Assembly (NCBI RefSeq): GCF_006345805.1
Contig: NC_042999.1
Coordinates: 1,364,001-1,428,000 of the forward strand
Direction of reading: 5' to 3'
DNA from: Octopus sinensis
Lineage: Eukaryota
Length of the DNA: 64,000 nt
Positions 51,263 through 63,208 of this stretch are shown here, one piece after another. Position numbers and translations under genes: made by a program. The notes under the pieces were generated by a model. That model was not told the DNA's origin and made no database searches. It saw only the letters and a list, made by a program, of their open reading frames with translations. Every line of letters begins with the position of its first letter. The stretch's first letter is position 1.

Positions 51263-51469
51263 GATAGAGATGTAAAATGGAAGATATGAGAAACTTTATT
51301 GCTCATAACGATCGTTTTAATGCATCCTGCATCGCTCCCTCCCTCACAGTGGGGATACTGTGCAACTGGTTGTGGTGCATTTCTCAGAGCAGATACATCT
51401 TCTCAAGGGATATCTTGTTAAATAAATTTTGTTTCACTCGGTTTTCCTACAGCATGTTGTTAGTGACAG

Positions 51470-52160
51470 TATGTTTAATCTGTTGCTAGGACTTTAGTTT
51501 TGCTAAATTAACTCTAAGATCCTTAGATTCCAGGCCCTGCTTTCACACCTGAAATTTCTTCACTACATCAGGTGCGGATTCAGCTATAGTATCAAGGTCA
51601 TCAGCGTAGAGGAGGTCTCAAGGAAAACTGACCTTGAATTCGTCTGTTAAGGCCAGAGGACTAAGATAAACAAGATGGGGTTAAGAACTGAACCTTGGTG
51701 AACTCCTACTTGTACACTAAATCCATGGCTATACTCGTTGGCAACCTTCATCTTACTGGCAGCATCCCTGTACACAGCTAGTACCACTCTCCCAAACCAC
51801 TCATCTATCCCTAGCTTTCACATTGACCACCAAATAAGGGAGCAGGAGACTGTCAAAGGCTTTCTCCATGTTGACAAAAGCTAGGTACAGAGGTTTATTT
51901 TTAGCTAAATACTTCTCCGGCAGTTGCCTAACCAGGAATATAGCATCAGTCGTGCTCCTGTCTGGCACATATCCAAACTGAATTTCATCTACACTCACTC
52001 TCTCCCTAATTAATTGAGCTATGACCCTTTCTGTGACTTTTGTCACCAAGTCCAGCAATTTGATGGCTCTGTAATTATTCCTGTTTAAGGCATCAGCATT
52101 GCCTCTGTAGGAGTTGACTATGATACTGTTACACCAATTGTTGGGTATGACTCCCTCACA
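51470..52160 (-). pseudogene. Decayed RTE reverse-transcriptase domain
   Basis: NYRAIKLLD...QFGYVPDRSTTDAIFLVRQL...LAFVNMEKAFD; GVHQGSVLNP; LLYADDL. Confidence 0.92.
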
Positions 52161-52420
52161 TGTGTGTGTGTGTGTGTGCGTGTGTGTGTGTATGTGTCTT
52201 CATGTCTGTATTTGTAACACACCACCAATTGACAACCGGTGATGGTGAGTTTACATCCCTGTAACTTAGCAGTTCAGCAAAAAAGAGTCTGATAGAATAA
52301 ATACTAGGTTTTTAAAAAAAAACAGAAAAAGGCCTGGGGTCGATTTGTTCAACTAAAACACTTTAAGATGGTGCTCCAGCATGGCCACAGTCAAATAACT
52401 GAAGCAAGTAGAATATAAAA
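52160..52420 (+). mobile_element. S2 SINE 3' portion
   Basis: gacaaccggtgatggtgagtttac...ggtgctccagcatggccacagtc. Confidence 0.8.
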
Positions 52421-53010
52421 GAAAAAAGATTCCTGTAATACCAAAACTAAGCCAAAAGATGAAAAAAATAAAAATGAAAATATTTTCTCTGTTTTCAGAA
52501 TTCATATGGCATTAACCCATTAACTGCCAAATTTTTTCATTCATATTTTTTGTCTCTACCAGGTGTCTTTAAGAATCAAAATAATATATGTATTAAAATT
52601 GTCTTCATATGTGAATTATTTTGGAAATTACGATAATTTTTTCTAAAAGTTCCAAATGGGGATTGCAGATAAAAAGCATATTTATCCTTTTCTACTCAAT
52701 TGCAATAATAAACATTTTTTTTAAAAACTGTAGTGTCAAATGCGAATGTGTGTGAAATATCAATGAATGATTCAGATGGGAAATGCAGAAAAAAAAAACG
52801 TTTTCAAAACAGTCAATATTTTCATAGTTCAAAAATTGCAATTTAAGGCATAAAATGTCCTCTAGAAATAGCCAGAGCTAATAATCCTTTCTACTCTAGG
52901 CACAAAGCCAGAAATTTGGGGGAGGAGTATTGTCAATTACATCGTCTCCAGTACTCAATTTGTACTTAATTTATTGACCCCGAAAGGACAAAAGGCAAAG
53001 TCAACCTCAG

Positions 53011-53365
53011 TAAGGTATTTTTCAATGTTATTATTATTATTATTATTATTGTTATTATTCAGGTCACTGCCTGGAATCAAACTCAGAATCTTGGAGATAG
53101 TAGCCCATGCTCTTAACCCCAAGATTCCGATTTCAATTCCAGGGAGTGACCTGAATAATAATAATAATAATAATGACAACAACAACATCGAAAAATACCT
53201 TAGGAATGAGAACCCAGGTTTGAAATTTCCCCAAGATACCTGATGAAGGCTGGAGGGTATATCAACCGAAATGTTGTGTTAACAAAGAAGATGAGGACAA
53301 ATATCCGTCAAATGTACATAATGTAAATAATGTACATAATTCCTCATCTCTTAAATATAGAACTG
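53011..53365 (+). mobile_element. Family H2 copy B (inverted head segment, forward body, HHR tail)
   Basis: Fold-back junction at ttaacc ~53113; CTGATGA 53240, GAAA 53268; ends cttaaatatagaactg. Confidence 0.85.
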
Positions 53366-54260
53366 TATCTATCAATCTGACTGTCTGTCTATCTATCTAT
53401 CTACCTACCTACCTATCTATCTATCTACCTACATATCTATCTACCTATATATCTACCAACCTACCTACGTTTGTACATATCTACCTACATACCTATTTAT
53501 CTATCTATCTACTTACATACATATCTATTTGATGTAGCTTTCCAGCTCTCCTGATCCTGTTTAACTGTCCAACTCATGCCAGCATAGAAAACAGATGCTA
53601 AATGATGATGACAACGATATGTGTGTGTGTACGTATGTATATTCTAGTCAGCTAGTCTGAAAGAATTCTTTGCCATTTTGCCAGATATAAAAGATTTATG
53701 TAGTTTGAAGTAATATCATAGTCATGGCCTTTATGAAAAAATATACTATGCACGAACATTTAAAAGCATATCACCTACCAGTTTCCTAAAGTAAATTAAG
53801 ATTTTTAAAAATTTGCTGTTTAAATTACAAACAATATTTTTTTTCTTTGTGCTTTTTCCCTTTTTTTGTGGAATTTAAAACTGTACTGGAAATTAAATAC
53901 TGTTTTTCATATAAAATCATTTTTAGCATAGGCAGAAGGAAAAAAAAAAGAAATTCTGAAAAATTCACTAATGTGACATTACATAATCTTTTTCATCATG
54001 GAAAAGGATAATGCAAGGAAATAGCATGTACAGTAAACTTCAAATAAAAGCTACCCAGCTTTGATTTGAAATCCGTTATTAATATGTTTGTGTATTATTT
54101 TCTTCGCCTACGAATTTATTCTATTCAAAGCTGTTTCATGTGACTTTATTTATTTAATCACAGCTTTACCAAGCTATCTATCAGCAAAAATGCACCATTT
54201 GCTGTTCTAACATAAGAAAAAAATTCATTCTTTTCAGGCTGTGGGAGGCAGACTATCTGT

Positions 54261-54315
54261 TCACTGCTGACGACGTGAAATAACGCAGAAATACCTGCAT
54301 CCTATGATTCAGTGA
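54261..54315 (+). ncRNA. Type I hammerhead-like motif (family H6, copy 1)
   Basis: TCACTG-CTGACGA-CGTG aaataa CGCA-GAAA-T..13 nt..G-ATT|CAGTGA; stem I 6/6. Confidence 0.65.
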
Positions 54316-55169
54316 CATCGTTCATAGGTGCAGGCATGGCTGTGTGGTAAGATCCATGCTTTCTAATCACATGATTCTACTGCATGGAACCTTAGGCAAG
54401 TATCTTCTGCTATAGCCCCAGGCTGACCAAAGCCATATATAGATATATATCAGACTCCAATCTGCTGTAGAAATTCTGCCAGACCAGATTGGAGTCTCGT
54501 GCAGCCATCTGGTTCGCCAGCCCTCAGTCAAATCATCCAACCCATGCTAGCATGGAAAGCGGACGTTAAACGATGATGATGATGATACATATACAGATAT
54601 ATGAAGGGGAGCTGTGTTTTCCCCACCTCTCCACTTGACAACTAGTGTTGGTTATTTATATTCCCAGAACTAAACAGTTTGGCAAAAGGGACCAACAAAA
54701 TAAGTATGAGGCTTAAAAAAGTATTGGGGTCAATTCCTCAACTAAAATTCCTCCAGCATGGCCACAATCTAATAACTGAAACAAATAAAAAGAAAGTGAA
54801 AGAAAGTCTATATTCAAAATAACTAAATTTACAAATTATATCAATTTTCTGGTGGCTGATAAAATTAATCCCATCAAAGTGGCTGTTGAATGTTACTACT
54901 AGTTTAACCCCAGGCAGATTCCCTGCCAGCTGGTTGTCAGTGGGATTCTGCACCCTTTATATATAATATATTGTTATCAGGGGGAGTGAACCCCTGTCAC
55001 TCATAGCAGGTAACAGGATCACGAAGCTGACTCAGTTTTGAGCTATTTGCATCATCTTCAGTCACAAGCACCTGCATGCCAGAGCGATAGCCTGGGTCCC
55101 CTAATGCTAGCGTTATATTGTAAACAAAGTGACCATCGGTCACTGTTTTGCAACTAGCAACTATTAATA

Positions 55170-55548
55170 ACACTAGCACTCATACCATGAGTTCAGCTAA
55201 AGACCCTACCCCCACCCTGCATCGGTCATGAATGACCATGGGATTGCACCTAGAATGTTACCCCCCCATAGTACAAGTCTGGTCAAGGTTGTTTGTAGAA
55301 GACCAGCAGTCACCCCTACATATACCAGTCTCCCCTCTTCGCACCACCAATGTTATCCAAGACAAAGGCAAAGTCCGATACATCTTGGCACCAGTGACAT
55401 CACAACTCATTTCTACAGCTGAGTGGACTGGAACAACGTGAAATAAAGTGTCTTGCTCAAGAACACAATGCACAGCCCGGCCTTGGAATTGAACTCACCA
55501 CCTCAGGATTGTGCGTCTGATGCTCTAACCACTGAGCCATGCCCCTTC
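55170..55548 (-). mobile_element. tRNA/CORE-like SINE family S5
   Basis: Minus ggcatggctcagtggttagagc...gagttcaattcc...ttcttgagcaagacacttt. Confidence 0.85.
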
Positions 55549-55637
55549 ACTGAGTTAACCTACACTAAGTACATTTTCAAATCCTTTCAGAGAACATCGC
55601 AATATAAACCTTTCTACCTGTGTTTTACACTAACTAG

Positions 55638-56030
55638 TGGAGGTGCAATGGCCTAGTGGTTAGGGCAGCAGACTCGTGGTCGTAGGATCGTGGTTTCGAT
55701 TCCCAGACCGGGCGTTGTGAGTGTTTATTGAGCGAAAACATCTAAAGCTCCACGAGGCTCTGGCAGGGATGGTGGTGATCCCTGCTGTACTCTTTCACCA
55801 CAACTTTCTCTCACTCTTACTTCCTGTTTCTGTTGTACCTGTATTTCAAAGGGCCGGCCTTGTCACTCTCTGTGTCACGCTGAATATCCCCGAGAACTAC
55901 ATTAAGGGTACACATGTCTGTGGAGTGCTCAGCCATTTACACGTTAATTTCACGAGCAGGCTGTTCCGTTGATCGGATCAACCGGAACCCTCATCGTCGT
56001 AACCGACGGAGTGCTTCCACTACACTAACT
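55638..56030 (+). mobile_element. S4-head SINE with an alternative tail
   Basis: Head and body match the 8148 copy up to ctttctctcactctt, then diverge; ends gtaaccgacggagtgc. Confidence 0.85.
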
Positions 56031-56302
56031 GATCTTTACCCGTAACAATTATATCCCACTGTGTCTGTCTTACAATCTAGAAAGATCTGGGAGAGTTTTC
56101 TTTCAGAATTGAACTACAGGCACAGCTTGAGGTTAAGATTGCATTCGTGTCTGAAATCATTTCGTTCAAAGCTGTTTCGTGTGACTTTATTTATTGAATT
56201 CTAGATTTACCAGCCTTTATTCACATCAGCAAATGTATCATTTGCTGTTCTAATATAGAAATGGATTCCTTCTTTTCAGGCTGTGAAGGGCACACAGGGT
56301 GT

Positions 56303-56357
56303 TCGTTGCTGATGATACAAAACAAAGCAGAAATGCATGCCCCCTACCATTTAGTGA
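56303..56357 (+). ncRNA. Type I hammerhead-like motif (family H6, copy 2), stem II decayed
   Basis: TCGTTG-CTGATGA-TACA aaacaa AGCA-GAAA-TG...CC-ATT|TAGTGA. Confidence 0.55.
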
Positions 56358-56379
56358 CACCATTCACAGACCAATATCA

Positions 56380-57258
56380 TCATCTTCATTTAACGTCCGT
56401 TTTCCATGCTAGCATGGGTTGGACGGTTTGACTGGGGTCTGGAAAGCCATGGAGGCTGCACCAGGCTCCAGTCTGGTTTGGCAGTGTTTCTACAGTTTGA
56501 TGCCCTTCGTATCGCCAACCACTCCTTGAGTGTAGCGGGTGTTTTTTATGTGCCACTGGCACAGGGGCCAGAGCAGGCTGGTAAATGGCCACGATCAGTT
56601 GGTGCTTTTATGTGTCACCGACACAGACGCCAGTCAGGCAGTGCTGGCATCTGCTATTTTCAGACAGTGCTTTTTACGTGTCACCGGCATGGGTGTCTTA
56701 ACTACAATTTCCATTTGAATTTTATTTTGCTGTTTTCACAAATGTTACTCGGAAGGAGAATTTTCTCTCAAAATTCTTTCTGCAGCAGAAGCCCTTTCTA
56801 GATCCAATTGTACTCAAACATGTTAGATATGACTTAACATACTCTTTACTCTTTTATTTGTTTCAGTCATTTGACTGTAGCTATGCTGGAGCACCGCCTT
56901 TTAGTCGAACAAATCGACCCCAAGACTTATTCTTTGTAAGCCTAGTACTTACTCTATCACCCTCTTTTACTAAACCACTAAACATAAACACACCAGCATC
57001 GATTGTCAAGTGATGTTGGGGGACAAACAGACACACAAACATATACACACATGTACATATACACACATGTACATATATATACACACATATATACAATGGG
57101 CTTCTTTCAGTTTCCGTCTACCAAATCCACTCACAAGGCATTGGTCGGCCTGAGGCTATAGTAGAAGACACTTGCCCAAGGTGCAACGCAGTGGGACTGA
57201 ACCCGGAACCATGTGGTTGGTAGGCAAGCTACTTACCACACAGCCACTCCTACACCTA
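56380..57258 (-). mobile_element. S3 copy (56380-56720) and S2 copy (56840-57258)
   Basis: Family motifs as above. Confidence 0.85.
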
Positions 57259-58954
57259 ACATGAAAGTGTTTTGTTTTATACTTGTCTTTCCTTTTCTCT
57301 GTGTATTTCCCCTTTAATTTTTCTTTAGAGATAGGTTATAGATAAGTTACCAACCATGTAAGAAATCACGATACAGAGATAGCAAAGCAGCTTCCATAAG
57401 GCAATTTATTATTAATTTTATATCTTTCAAATTGTAATACTTTCATAAAATATGAAAATATTGCTCATCTAACTACTTCAATTCATGCTGAGGCTCTCAA
57501 TTTTAAGTCAAATTTGATCAATTTCCAACAGCAATTTTTTACAAGGCTGTAAAATTACAGAGATTATTCAGTACAGAATAACAGTTTTATTTGTTAATAG
57601 CTACTAAAAAAGACGTCAAATCATTTTATGCAGTTCCAGGTCTAATTTTAATATTTTCTCTTCCTTTTTTCTTTTAATTTTTTACTTGTGCATGTTCTTA
57701 ACCAGAGATCTCCAATTTTATATCCAAATATTGTATCATTTTAAATATTTTTCACAAAATTTTGATGCAAAGAAATTCCTTTCCTCAACTATTTTTCATG
57801 TCGTTTTTTTAAATTTTTATTTTGGTACTATATTTATTATTTTTTTTATTTAAAATTTTTTATCAACTATTTCTAGTACTTAAAATAATAATTTAAACAA
57901 ATTTCAACTAAAGAGAATATGAGAGCCTGGAAAAGTAATATTTCACAATGGATCTGATAATAAGAAGGCGGCATGGGTGGAGGGAAAGATACGAATAGAA
58001 AGAAATTTATAAAGTCAGCTGGAATCTAAAAATCAATAATTTCTCCAAATAATACATATTCCTATTACTATATTCAAGGAATTGTTGTCCCTATGTTAAT
58101 AATTTTCATATCCACTAGAGAAATGACAAGTTCATATGAAAATAAAGAAAATGAAAGAAAAAGAATATATATTTTTTGTTGATTTTTATATTTTTTCTGT
58201 TTTTTTTTTCTTTTTCTTTCTTTTTATGAATCTTTCTAATATTGGTTTGACAACTGATCTGGCATGGCAGATAGCAGTAATGAAATTCTACTATTATGCA
58301 AATTGAAGAATTTCTCTAACAAAACCAAAATATTGATGATGATGATGATGAAGATAATAATGATAATAATAATAATAATAATGATAATAGAAGAAGAAAA
58401 AGAACAATTATAATAATAATAATAATAATAATAATGTCAATGATAATAAACAATAATGATAGCAAAAACACCAATGATGATGATTATGATGACAATGATG
58501 ATGATGATGATTATGATAAATATAATAATAAAGATATTCTCTATGTTCCAGGCTGGAGAATAGATCAGCTTAACGAATGTAGACAACTGATAGAATTTTT
58601 TTTCTGTAAACCCATGAATATTCGTGAAATAATGAAAAAAGAAAAATCACCGTTCCATCTTTTGATTTGAATAAAATAGCAACTCTTGACGAAAAGGAAG
58701 ACTTTTAAGTTCCTTAAACATTGTAATTTCTTTAAGGAATATCAGAGTTACATAGAATGGTGTGTGTGTGGGGGGGGGGGTAGTGATAGCTGGGGCGTTT
58801 GCCTAGAATGGTTATTAAGGATGAATGAATGACAGAAGAAATTTTGTAATTTTGAAAGTTATTAAAGTGTTTGTGTTATTATTGTGACTGGTTGGTTCTT
58901 TTAAGTGTTGGGCTTAAGCTTAGCTTCAAGACTGGTTATTATAATTCTAGATTA

Positions 58955-59600
58955 ATAATCCTTTCTACATTAGGCACAAGGCCTGAAATTTGTGGTGGTG
59001 GGTGGGGTTAAGTTGATTACATCGATTGCAGTACTCAACCAGTACTTAATTTATCAACTCTGAATGGATAAAAAGCAAAGTCGACCTCGGTGGAATTTGA
59101 ACTCAGAACATTGCAGCAGATGAAATACTGCTAAGCATTTCGCCCAGCATGCTAACGTTTCTGCCAGCTTGCTGCCTTGGTCTTGTAAAATATTATTTTC
59201 TACTCTAGGCACAAGGGTGGAAATTTTGGGGGAGAGGCGGGGAGGCAGTTGATTAGATCAACCCCACAATGCAACTAGTACTTAATTTATCAACCCCGAA
59301 AGGATAAAAGGCAAAATCAACCTCAGTAGAATTTGAACTCAGAACGTTGCGGCTGATGAAATACTTATTTCTTTACTACCCACAAGGGGCTAAACACAGA
59401 GGAGACAAACAAGGACAGACAGACGGATTAAGTTGATTATATTAACCCCAGTGCGTAACTGGTACTTATTTAATCAACCCTGAAAAGATGAAAGGCAAAG
59501 TTGACCTCGGCAGGATTTGAACTCAGAACGTTGCGGCAGATGAAATACCACTAAGCATTTCGCCTTATATACTAAGGGTTCAGCCAGCTTGCTGCCTTTA
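58955..59600 (-). mobile_element. S1 monomer plus two-unit S1 array
   Basis: atttgaactcagaac near 59095, 59330, 59515. Confidence 0.85.
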
Positions 59601-59641
59601 TAATTCTAGATTCATAACTATACATTATGTTCAGTTCTTAA

Positions 59642-59865
59642 CCCATTAAGTCCCACTGTCCTATAAACAGGACATTAAATGAGAACATTAAATAATCCAT
59701 ATCACATTGTCTCAGTGTCCTATTTATAGGACACCAAGTATTTCTATTTCTACTTGAAGCAAAGGAGTTTTAATAATTATTTTTTGTCATTTTAACCTAT
59801 TTTCAATCATCTGTAAAAATTTAAAAGTAATATTCAGAAATTTAAGTACTCTTGGACTTAATGGG
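59642..59865. mobile_element. piggyBac-type MITE
   Basis: TTAA|cccattaagtcc ... ggacttaatggg: perfect 12-bp TIR; right TTAA decayed to tcca. Confidence 0.7.
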
Positions 59866-59939
59866 TCCATTTGTTTTACATTGCCAACAACCTTTCAAAT
59901 ATCCCATCTTATATTAGGTTTACTCCATAGAAACCCTTT

Positions 59940-60180
59940 AAAAGGCAGCGAGCTGAGAGAAACGTTAGTACGCCAGGTGAAATGCTGAGTGGTATTTCGT
60001 CTGTATTTGCATTCTGAGTTCAAATTCTGCCAAGGTCGACTTTGACTTTCATCTTTTTGGGGTCGATAAAATTAAGTACCAGTTATGCACTGGGGTTGAT
60101 GTAATTGACTTAATCCCTTTGTCTGTCCTTATTTTTATCCCCTCTATGTTTAGCCCCTTGTGGCTAATAAAGAAATAAGA
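59940..60180 (+). mobile_element. S1 SINE
   Basis: ggcagcgagctgagagaaacg...taaagaaataag. Confidence 0.85.
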
Positions 60181-60370
60181 AACCGTTTAAAATGTAGCTG
60201 TCTGTTCATTACTGAGTAGCTTTAGTAATTTCTACCAGTTATGTAGGTAGGGATAAAATTCAAGCTGTGACCGCTTGAAGCACATCTGCTTATTCCAGTA
60301 TTCTAATTCCATATGTCATCATCATATTTATGTGAGGTACATATTAGAGTTGAAAATTCTGGAAATAATA

Positions 60371-60564
60371 TTTACATTATTTACATTTGACGGATATTTG
60401 TCCTCATCCTTTTTGTTGTTAACACGTTTCCGCTGATATACCCTCCAGCCTTCTTCAAGTGTTTTGGGGAAATTTCAAAATTGGGTTCTCATTCCTCAGG
60501 TATTTTTCGATGTTGTTGTTGTTGTTGTTATTATTCATCATTATTATTATTGTTATTGTTGTTA

Positions 60565-60598
<34 letters not shown>

Positions 60599-60884
60599 CA
60601 TTATTATTCAGGGCATATGGCATAGTGGTTAAGAGAACGGGCTACTAACCCCAAGATTCCGAGTTCAATTCCAGGCAGTGACCTGAATAATAATAATAAT
60701 AATAATAACATCAAAACATACCTTAGGAACAAGAACCCAGGTTCAAGATTTCCCCAAGACACCTGGTGAAGGCTGGAGGGTATATCAGCCGAAACATTGT
60801 GTTAACAACAAACAAGATGAGGACAGATATCCATCAAAAATCCATCAAATGTAAATAATTCCTCATCTCTTAAATATAGAACTG
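60371..60884 (+). mobile_element. Family H2 copy C (inverted tail, full head, HHR tail)
   Basis: A box TGGCATAGTGG 60618-60628, B box GAGTTCAATTCC 60661-60672, HHR-like 60758-60803; inverted tail 60371-60540. Confidence 0.85.
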
Positions 60885-60959
60885 TCTGGAAATGTTGTTT
60901 GCAGAGTAATTATGAATGAATCGTAGTCCTGGCTGATGCCAGTGTCACGAAACTGGTCT

Positions 60960-61156
60960 GTATAGACACATAAACACACATACACATATACAATGGGCTT
61001 CTTTCAGTTTCCGTCGACCAAATCCACTACCAAAGCTTTGGTCAGCCTGAAACAATAGCAGAAGACACTTGCTCAAGGTGCCACACTGTGGGACTGAACC
61101 CAGAACCATGTGGTTGGTAAGCAAGCTACTTACCACACAGCCACTCCTGCACCTAC

Positions 61157-61203
<47 letters not shown>

Positions 61204-61375
61204 ATGGGCTTCTTTTCAGTTTCTGTCTACCAAATCCACTCACAAGGCTTTGGTCATCCCGAGGCTACAGTAGAAGACACCTCCCCAAGGTAGGTGCCAC
61301 ACAGTGGAACTAAATCCGGAACCATGTGGTCGGTAAGCAAGCTACTTACCACGTAGCCACTCCTGCACCTATCCA
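60960..61375 (-). mobile_element. Tandem S2 heads
   Basis: gtggttggtaagcaagctacttaccac twice. Confidence 0.85.
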
Positions 61376-61619
61376 GATATTTGTTTACATTCTTTGTAAT
61401 ATACAGTATTGACTAAAAACACTCTCGACACATATTCTTTTATTCTCTATATTCTTGGTATTCTGTTTGTTTTTTCGTTCTGTGTATTCGTTAGTTCTAT
61501 GTATTCTTTCATTCAGCATGGTTGTGTCAGTTTATATATCGTCTATGATTCGGCAAACAAGATACCAATTCAACAGAAAAAGCAACATTGTTAGTGTATA
61601 CTAGTTCCATACATCAAAT

Positions 61620-61672
61620 ATGTGTGTATGTGTATATATATATATTATATATACTTACACACAAGTGTCTTC

Positions 61673-61722
<50 letters not shown>

Positions 61723-62180
61723 GTTTGTATATATATATGTATATGTTTGTATATATATATGTGTATGTTTGTATATATATATGTTTGTATATATATATGT
61801 ATATGTATGTATATATGTATATGTATGTATATGTATGTATATGTATGTATATATATGTATATATATATATGTATATGTATGTATATGTATGTATATGTAT
61901 GTATATATATGTATATATATATGTATATGTATGTATATATATATGTATGTATATGTATGTATATATATATGTATATGTATGTATATATGTATGTATATGT
62001 ATGTATATATATATGTATATGTATGTATATATATATGTATATGTATGTATATATATATGTATATGTATGTATATATATATGTATATGTATGTATATATAT
62101 GTATATGTATATATATGTATATGTATGTATATATATATATATATGTGTATATATATATGTGTGTGTATCTATATATCTTC
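61620..62180. repeat. (TA/TATG)n microsatellite
   Basis: Direct inspection. Confidence 0.97.
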
Positions 62181-62983
62181 TTCGAATCGTGACCTACGAC
62201 TGTCCAAGACAGCAGAATTTAACAAATGTCATTTAGCATCCTTTTATACTCGTTAATTAGATTCTTCACAAGCAAACCAGACATCAACATCCTTGTACTA
62301 TTTCTTATTCTTTGAGTCATGAGTTGCAGAATGACACACGATGACGGAAAGAAGGAAAAAAAACATTTTACTGTTTGTAAATATATTATAATCATTTTCA
62401 TATTCATCATTATCGTTGTTGTCATCACCATCATCCTCATCATGTTCCATGTTGGTATGGTTGGGTGGGTGGGTTTGACAGGGGATGTAAACACACCAAC
62501 ACTAGTTGTTAAGCGGCGGTGGAGGACAAACACAGACACAAAGATGGACATACACACACACACAGACACACACACATATAGACATATACATATTTATGTA
62601 TATATATATATGGGCATGGCTGTGTGGTTAGGGAGCTTGCTTCCTTGCTATATGGTTTCGGGTTCAGTCCCACTGCGTGGCACTTTGGGTAGGTGTCTTT
62701 CACTATAGTCCCGAGCCGACCAGAGCTTTGTGATTGAATTTCGGTAGGTGGAAGTTACTGCCATGTGTGTATATGTGCGTGTAGGTGCTTGTGCCTCTCC
62801 GAAGAGAGAGAGAGGTATATATATATATATATATATATATATTTGCCACTTAAATGTGGCTAACCACTAAGGGTGGATGCTACTGTAACTTGTAGCCCCA
62901 AGCTGGCTATTGACACACTTTCTGTGCCCTATTAATATTTGCAAAGGGAAGCCATCCTTCCCATCTTCGACCTGATCTGATAC

Positions 62984-63026
62984 GTACAGACATGGGTTTC
63001 TGGGTATTTACCCGTCGTCAGCGCAC
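62984..63026 (-). ncRNA. Minimal type I hammerhead ribozyme motif
   Basis: GTGCG-CTGACGA-C GGGT aaat ACCC A-GAAA-C ccat G-TC|TGTAC; intact core, GUC triplet. Confidence 0.7.
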
Positions 63027-63059
63027 AACAATCACCAGTCTTCGATGCGAAGGGGTTCC

Positions 63060-63208
63060 AATGCAACTTCATATATCCTTTTTCCAGTGATGAAAAATCA
63101 CTGGTCTCGAAAAAGTGTAAACAAGCAATAATTGATTTATCGCTTGTTTACACTTTTACGAGAAAAGTGACTTTTCGTCACTGGAAAAAGGATATATGTA
63201 GTTGCATT
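63060..63208. repeat. ~150-bp fold-back palindrome
   Basis: aatgcaact.catatatcctttttccagtga ... tcactggaaaaaggatatatgtagttgcatt. Confidence 0.85.

Noticed and set aside
52511-52860. piggyBac MITE starting TTAAcccattaactgcc
   Set aside because: No matching right-hand TIR found.
55000-55050. HHR-like CTGAAGA...GCTC-AAAA-CTGAG-TC on minus; weaker cases at 700-770, 12370-12430 and 61540-61590
   Set aside because: GAAA is mutated or mis-ordered and stem I does not pair; too degenerate to call from single copies.
55638-55715. tRNA genes at SINE heads (also 8400-8463 and 60611-60688)
   Set aside because: A and B boxes are present but no complete cloverleaf, and each continues into a SINE body.
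57900-58740. Exon-like open stretches on both strands (also 9340-9520 and 14540-14720)
   Set aside because: No matched acceptor/donor pair with an open frame, and no recognisable protein motif.
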